Shown here in pieces: positions 61,543 through 64,000 of a stretch of 64,000 nucleotides of DNA. The position numbers were made by a program, and so were the translations under genes. The notes below the pieces were generated by a model that made no database searches, was not told the origin of the DNA, and saw only the letters and a list, made by a program, of their open reading frames with translations. This DNA is from an uncultured bacterium (GTDB taxonomy: Bacteria; Desulfobacterota_D; UBA1144; Nemesobacterales; UBA2774): assembly GCA_963825135.1 (NCBI GenBank), contig CAWGRW010000009.1, positions 2,144,001-2,208,000 of the forward strand. The letters run 5' to 3'. The first letter of the stretch is position 1. The number at the start of each line of letters is the position of its first letter.

Positions 61543-62700
61543 ATGAAGAGCTTAAAAGAAATGGACTTTTCCCTTACCCCGTTTGTGGTGATTTGGGAGG
61601 TTACACAGGCGTGCGACCTTGCGTGCCGCCACTGCAGGGCTGAGGCGGTTAACCGACGCGACCCCGGGGAGCTTACAAGGGAGGAAGGTTTCGACCTTAT
61701 CGATAAAGTACGCTCGATGGGGACCGAGATTATGATATTGAGCGGCGGCGATCCGATAAAGAGAGAGGATATTTTCGATTTGATCGGGTACGGGTCCCGG
61801 CAGGGTTTGCGCATGGCTACGATTCCGGCCGCTACGCCGAGTCTTACGCCGGAGATTGTCGGAAGGCTGAAAGAAGCGGGTCTCGCTCAGATGGCGCTCA
61901 GTCTGGACGGACCCGACAGGGAGTCTCACGATACGTTCAGGGGGGTTCCCGGGGCTTTCGACTTGACCATGCAGGGCGCTCGGTACGCACGTTCCGCGGG
62001 CCTTCCGCTTCAAATCAACACGACGTTCGGCATGCACAATATAGACCGTTTCGAGGAAATTGCCCGGCTCGTGAGGGACCTCGGGGTCGTCTTCTGGGAG
62101 GTGTTTTTCCTTGTGCCCATGGGCAGGGGGAAGCTGCTTGAACAGATGGAGGCTTACCGGTATGAAAGACTGTTTGAGAAGCTTTACGGGTTTTCGAGGG
62201 AAGTCGATTTCATAGTCAAGATAACGGAGGCCCAGCATTACAGGCGGTATGTGATCAAGCAGGAGATGAAAAAGCGTACGGCGGGCGGGGGTCCCCTCGA
62301 AGGGAGCCTCCCTGAACGCCTTACGCGCGATTTCGGACCGGGGGGCAGCATCGGGCTTGCGCCCAAGGGGGTCAATTCGGGTAACGGTTTTGTGTTTATT
62401 TCCCACACGGGCGAGGTCTATCCGAGCGGGTTCTTGCCCATATCCGGCGGGAACGTGAGAAACGAAAGCATTGTCGATATATATAGAAACTCGCCGCTAT
62501 TCAGGGAGATAAGGGACTACGACAGGCTCAAGGGGAAGTGCGGCGCGTGCGAGTTCAAGAACGTATGCGGCGGCTCGAGGGCGAGGTCGTACGCCGTGAC
62601 GGGAGATTACATGGAATCGGAGCCCTATTGCGTGTACGTGCCGAAGGGCTATGAGGCGGAAAAGTCCGTGGGGGAGAGAGCATCCGAGGCGGAAATTTAA
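61543..62700 (+). CDS. radical SAM/SPASM protein, NirJ/Ahb-related (TIGR04053-like)
   Basis: WEVTQACDLACRHC (CxxxCxxC), GEVYPSGFLP, KCGACEF..CGGSRAR. Confidence 0.9.
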   Translation: MKSLKEMDFSLTPFVVIWEVTQACDLACRHCRAEAVNRRDPGELTREEGFDLIDKVRSMGTEIMILSGGDPIKREDIFDLIGYGSRQGLRMATIPAATPSLTPEIVGRLKEAGLAQMALSLDGPDRESHDTFRGVPGAFDLTMQGARYARSAGLPLQINTTFGMHNIDRFEEIARLVRDLGVVFWEVFFLVPMGRGKLLEQMEAYRYERLFEKLYGFSREVDFIVKITEAQHYRRYVIKQEMKKRTAGGGPLEGSLPERLTRDFGPGGSIGLAPKGVNSGNGFVFISHTGEVYPSGFLPISGGNVRNESIVDIYRNSPLFREIRDYDRLKGKCGACEFKNVCGGSRARSYAVTGDYMESEPYCVYVPKGYEAEKSVGERASEAEI

Positions 62701-63001
62701 CAACTGCAACGCCTTCTGACCGCGGCTTCCACCGGCAGCCGTGGCCTAAACCCTTCAAGCCGAGCTTGTAGATCGACGCAATATTTTGCCTTAGTGGGCT
62801 TGGCCAGAGTAATAAATACCGGGTTAATTTTAGAGCGTATGGACCATCGCTGTCCCTGGAGGTGGGGATCGCAGGGGTTTGTGAGCAATACCATTTGCCA
62901 CTTCCATTGTGTTCCTAATAATATATAATGACGATAACTTTATATTCGTCAGAGTTAATCTATAATATTCAGAGATGGTTACTTTTTCAGGAGGATTCCG
63001 G

Positions 63002-63757
63002 ATGACTTTAATTATCCGTTATTATAAAATTACTCTATTCCTTTGCGTTGTTTCCGTATTCGGATGCATTACCGGAACGCGTGCTTCGGCGCAGGTTACG
63101 TTTACGAACGACGAAGCGGAGTTCTTCGCCGACAACCCCGGTCTCCTGGTTCAGGCTTTCAATTCCGCCGTCACCTCCGGCTGTGATGCGCCCTTCGATT
63201 CGACCGACAGCGCCGGCTGCTTCCCGCCGGGCGCAATACTCCCGGGGGTGGTGTACGATGTCGCCCCCTCCCACGAGTTCTTCGATATCTTCGCCGTCAA
63301 TTTTGACGGAACGAGCGGCAACCCCTCGAAAGCGATCGGACCGGACAACCATACCGATACTTTGGATATTATTTTCGAGAAAGGCGGAGTGTCCGCTGCC
63401 GGAGTCAGGCCCGGATGCTTCGTATTGACCGGCGATGTGTGCCTTAGAACTGTGACGATCAGCGTCTATGGAGCCGGAGACGCGTTATTAAGCTCTACGC
63501 AGGCGGATGTGTCGAGCCATTTCGACGATTTCGTCGGCGTCGAGTCCGACATTCCCATAGCGAGGATCAGCGTCGCGGGGCCTGATTTGGGGCCCGACTC
63601 CGGCTTCCACGCAGTTTCGGAAGTGGTTTTTCCGCAGGGTTCGCTCTCGCCTGTTCCCACACTCTCCGAATGGGGCATGATAGCGGCTGCGGCAGGATTG
63701 ATGCTCGTCGGGGTCTTCTTCGCGGTGAGGAAAAGAATAGCACAGGCGAAGGTTTAA
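63002..63757 (+). CDS. IPTL-CTERM protein
   Basis: Signal peptide; VPTLSEWGMIAAAAGLMLVGVFFAVRKR. Confidence 0.88.
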   Translation: MTLIIRYYKITLFLCVVSVFGCITGTRASAQVTFTNDEAEFFADNPGLLVQAFNSAVTSGCDAPFDSTDSAGCFPPGAILPGVVYDVAPSHEFFDIFAVNFDGTSGNPSKAIGPDNHTDTLDIIFEKGGVSAAGVRPGCFVLTGDVCLRTVTISVYGAGDALLSSTQADVSSHFDDFVGVESDIPIARISVAGPDLGPDSGFHAVSEVVFPQGSLSPVPTLSEWGMIAAAAGLMLVGVFFAVRKRIAQAKV

Positions 63758-63793
63758 ATTATAATAGAAGATAAATAAGTCGGGAGGAAGAAA

Positions 63794-64000
63794 ATGAAAA
63801 AGATTGTTAGAGCCGGAACGGTATTACTTTTAATATTTACGGCAGGGGCAATGATAAATCTGTCCACCGCTGAAAAAGCGAGTGCGCAGTCGTGCTCGAT
63901 GACAATATGCAAGTCCGCTCCGGGAGCGCCGCCGGACCTCGGGTTCACGATTAACTTCGGCGGAGATTTAAAACCTTTCTCGGTCGAGCTTTTTGACGGG
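63794..64000 (+). CDS. secreted protein, partial, probably IPTL-CTERM family
   Basis: GGAGG RBS, signal peptide, QSCSMTICKSAPG similar to the start of the 59540 passenger; runs off the window. Confidence 0.65.
   Translation, partial: MKKIVRAGTVLLLIFTAGAMINLSTAEKASAQSCSMTICKSAPGAPPDLGFTINFGGDLKPFSVELFDG

Overview
Bacterial chromosome segment with a GC-rich backbone. The many IPTL-CTERM proteins and the gene content suggest a Desulfobacterota/Dadabacteria-like organism (inference only). 1-20 kb: housekeeping and envelope genes (msrA, AhpD-like, tRNA-Pro, lipase maturation factor, phaC, hpf-rtcB, ppk2-Nudix, PilZ, sugar dehydrogenase-cytochrome c fusion, TonB receptor, a Hint-domain protein, an O-antigen-ligase-like gene). 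20-43.7 kb: a Wzx/Wzy polysaccharide locus headed by a sigma70 promoter and a c-di-GMP-I riboswitch, with an internal UpxY/NusG paralog and a UDP-sulfoquinovose synthase. 43.9-59.2 kb: a ~15.2-kb AT-rich element integrated in tRNA-Arg(TCT). Unusually, its 150-bp direct repeat duplicates the upstream region plus the 5' half of the tRNA rather than the 3' end. It encodes a tyrosine integrase, a primase-type Rep, a TerS-like protein and SRAP-umuD-umuC, has no capsid genes, and carries a paralog of the neighbouring host IPTL-CTERM gene. 59.2-64 kb: tRNA-linked repeats bracket IPTL-CTERM genes whose unrelated N-terminal domains share a near-identical anchor plus downstream module, followed by a radical SAM gene with a sigma54 promoter and further IPTL-type genes. 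Numerous single-base frameshifts may be sequencing errors.
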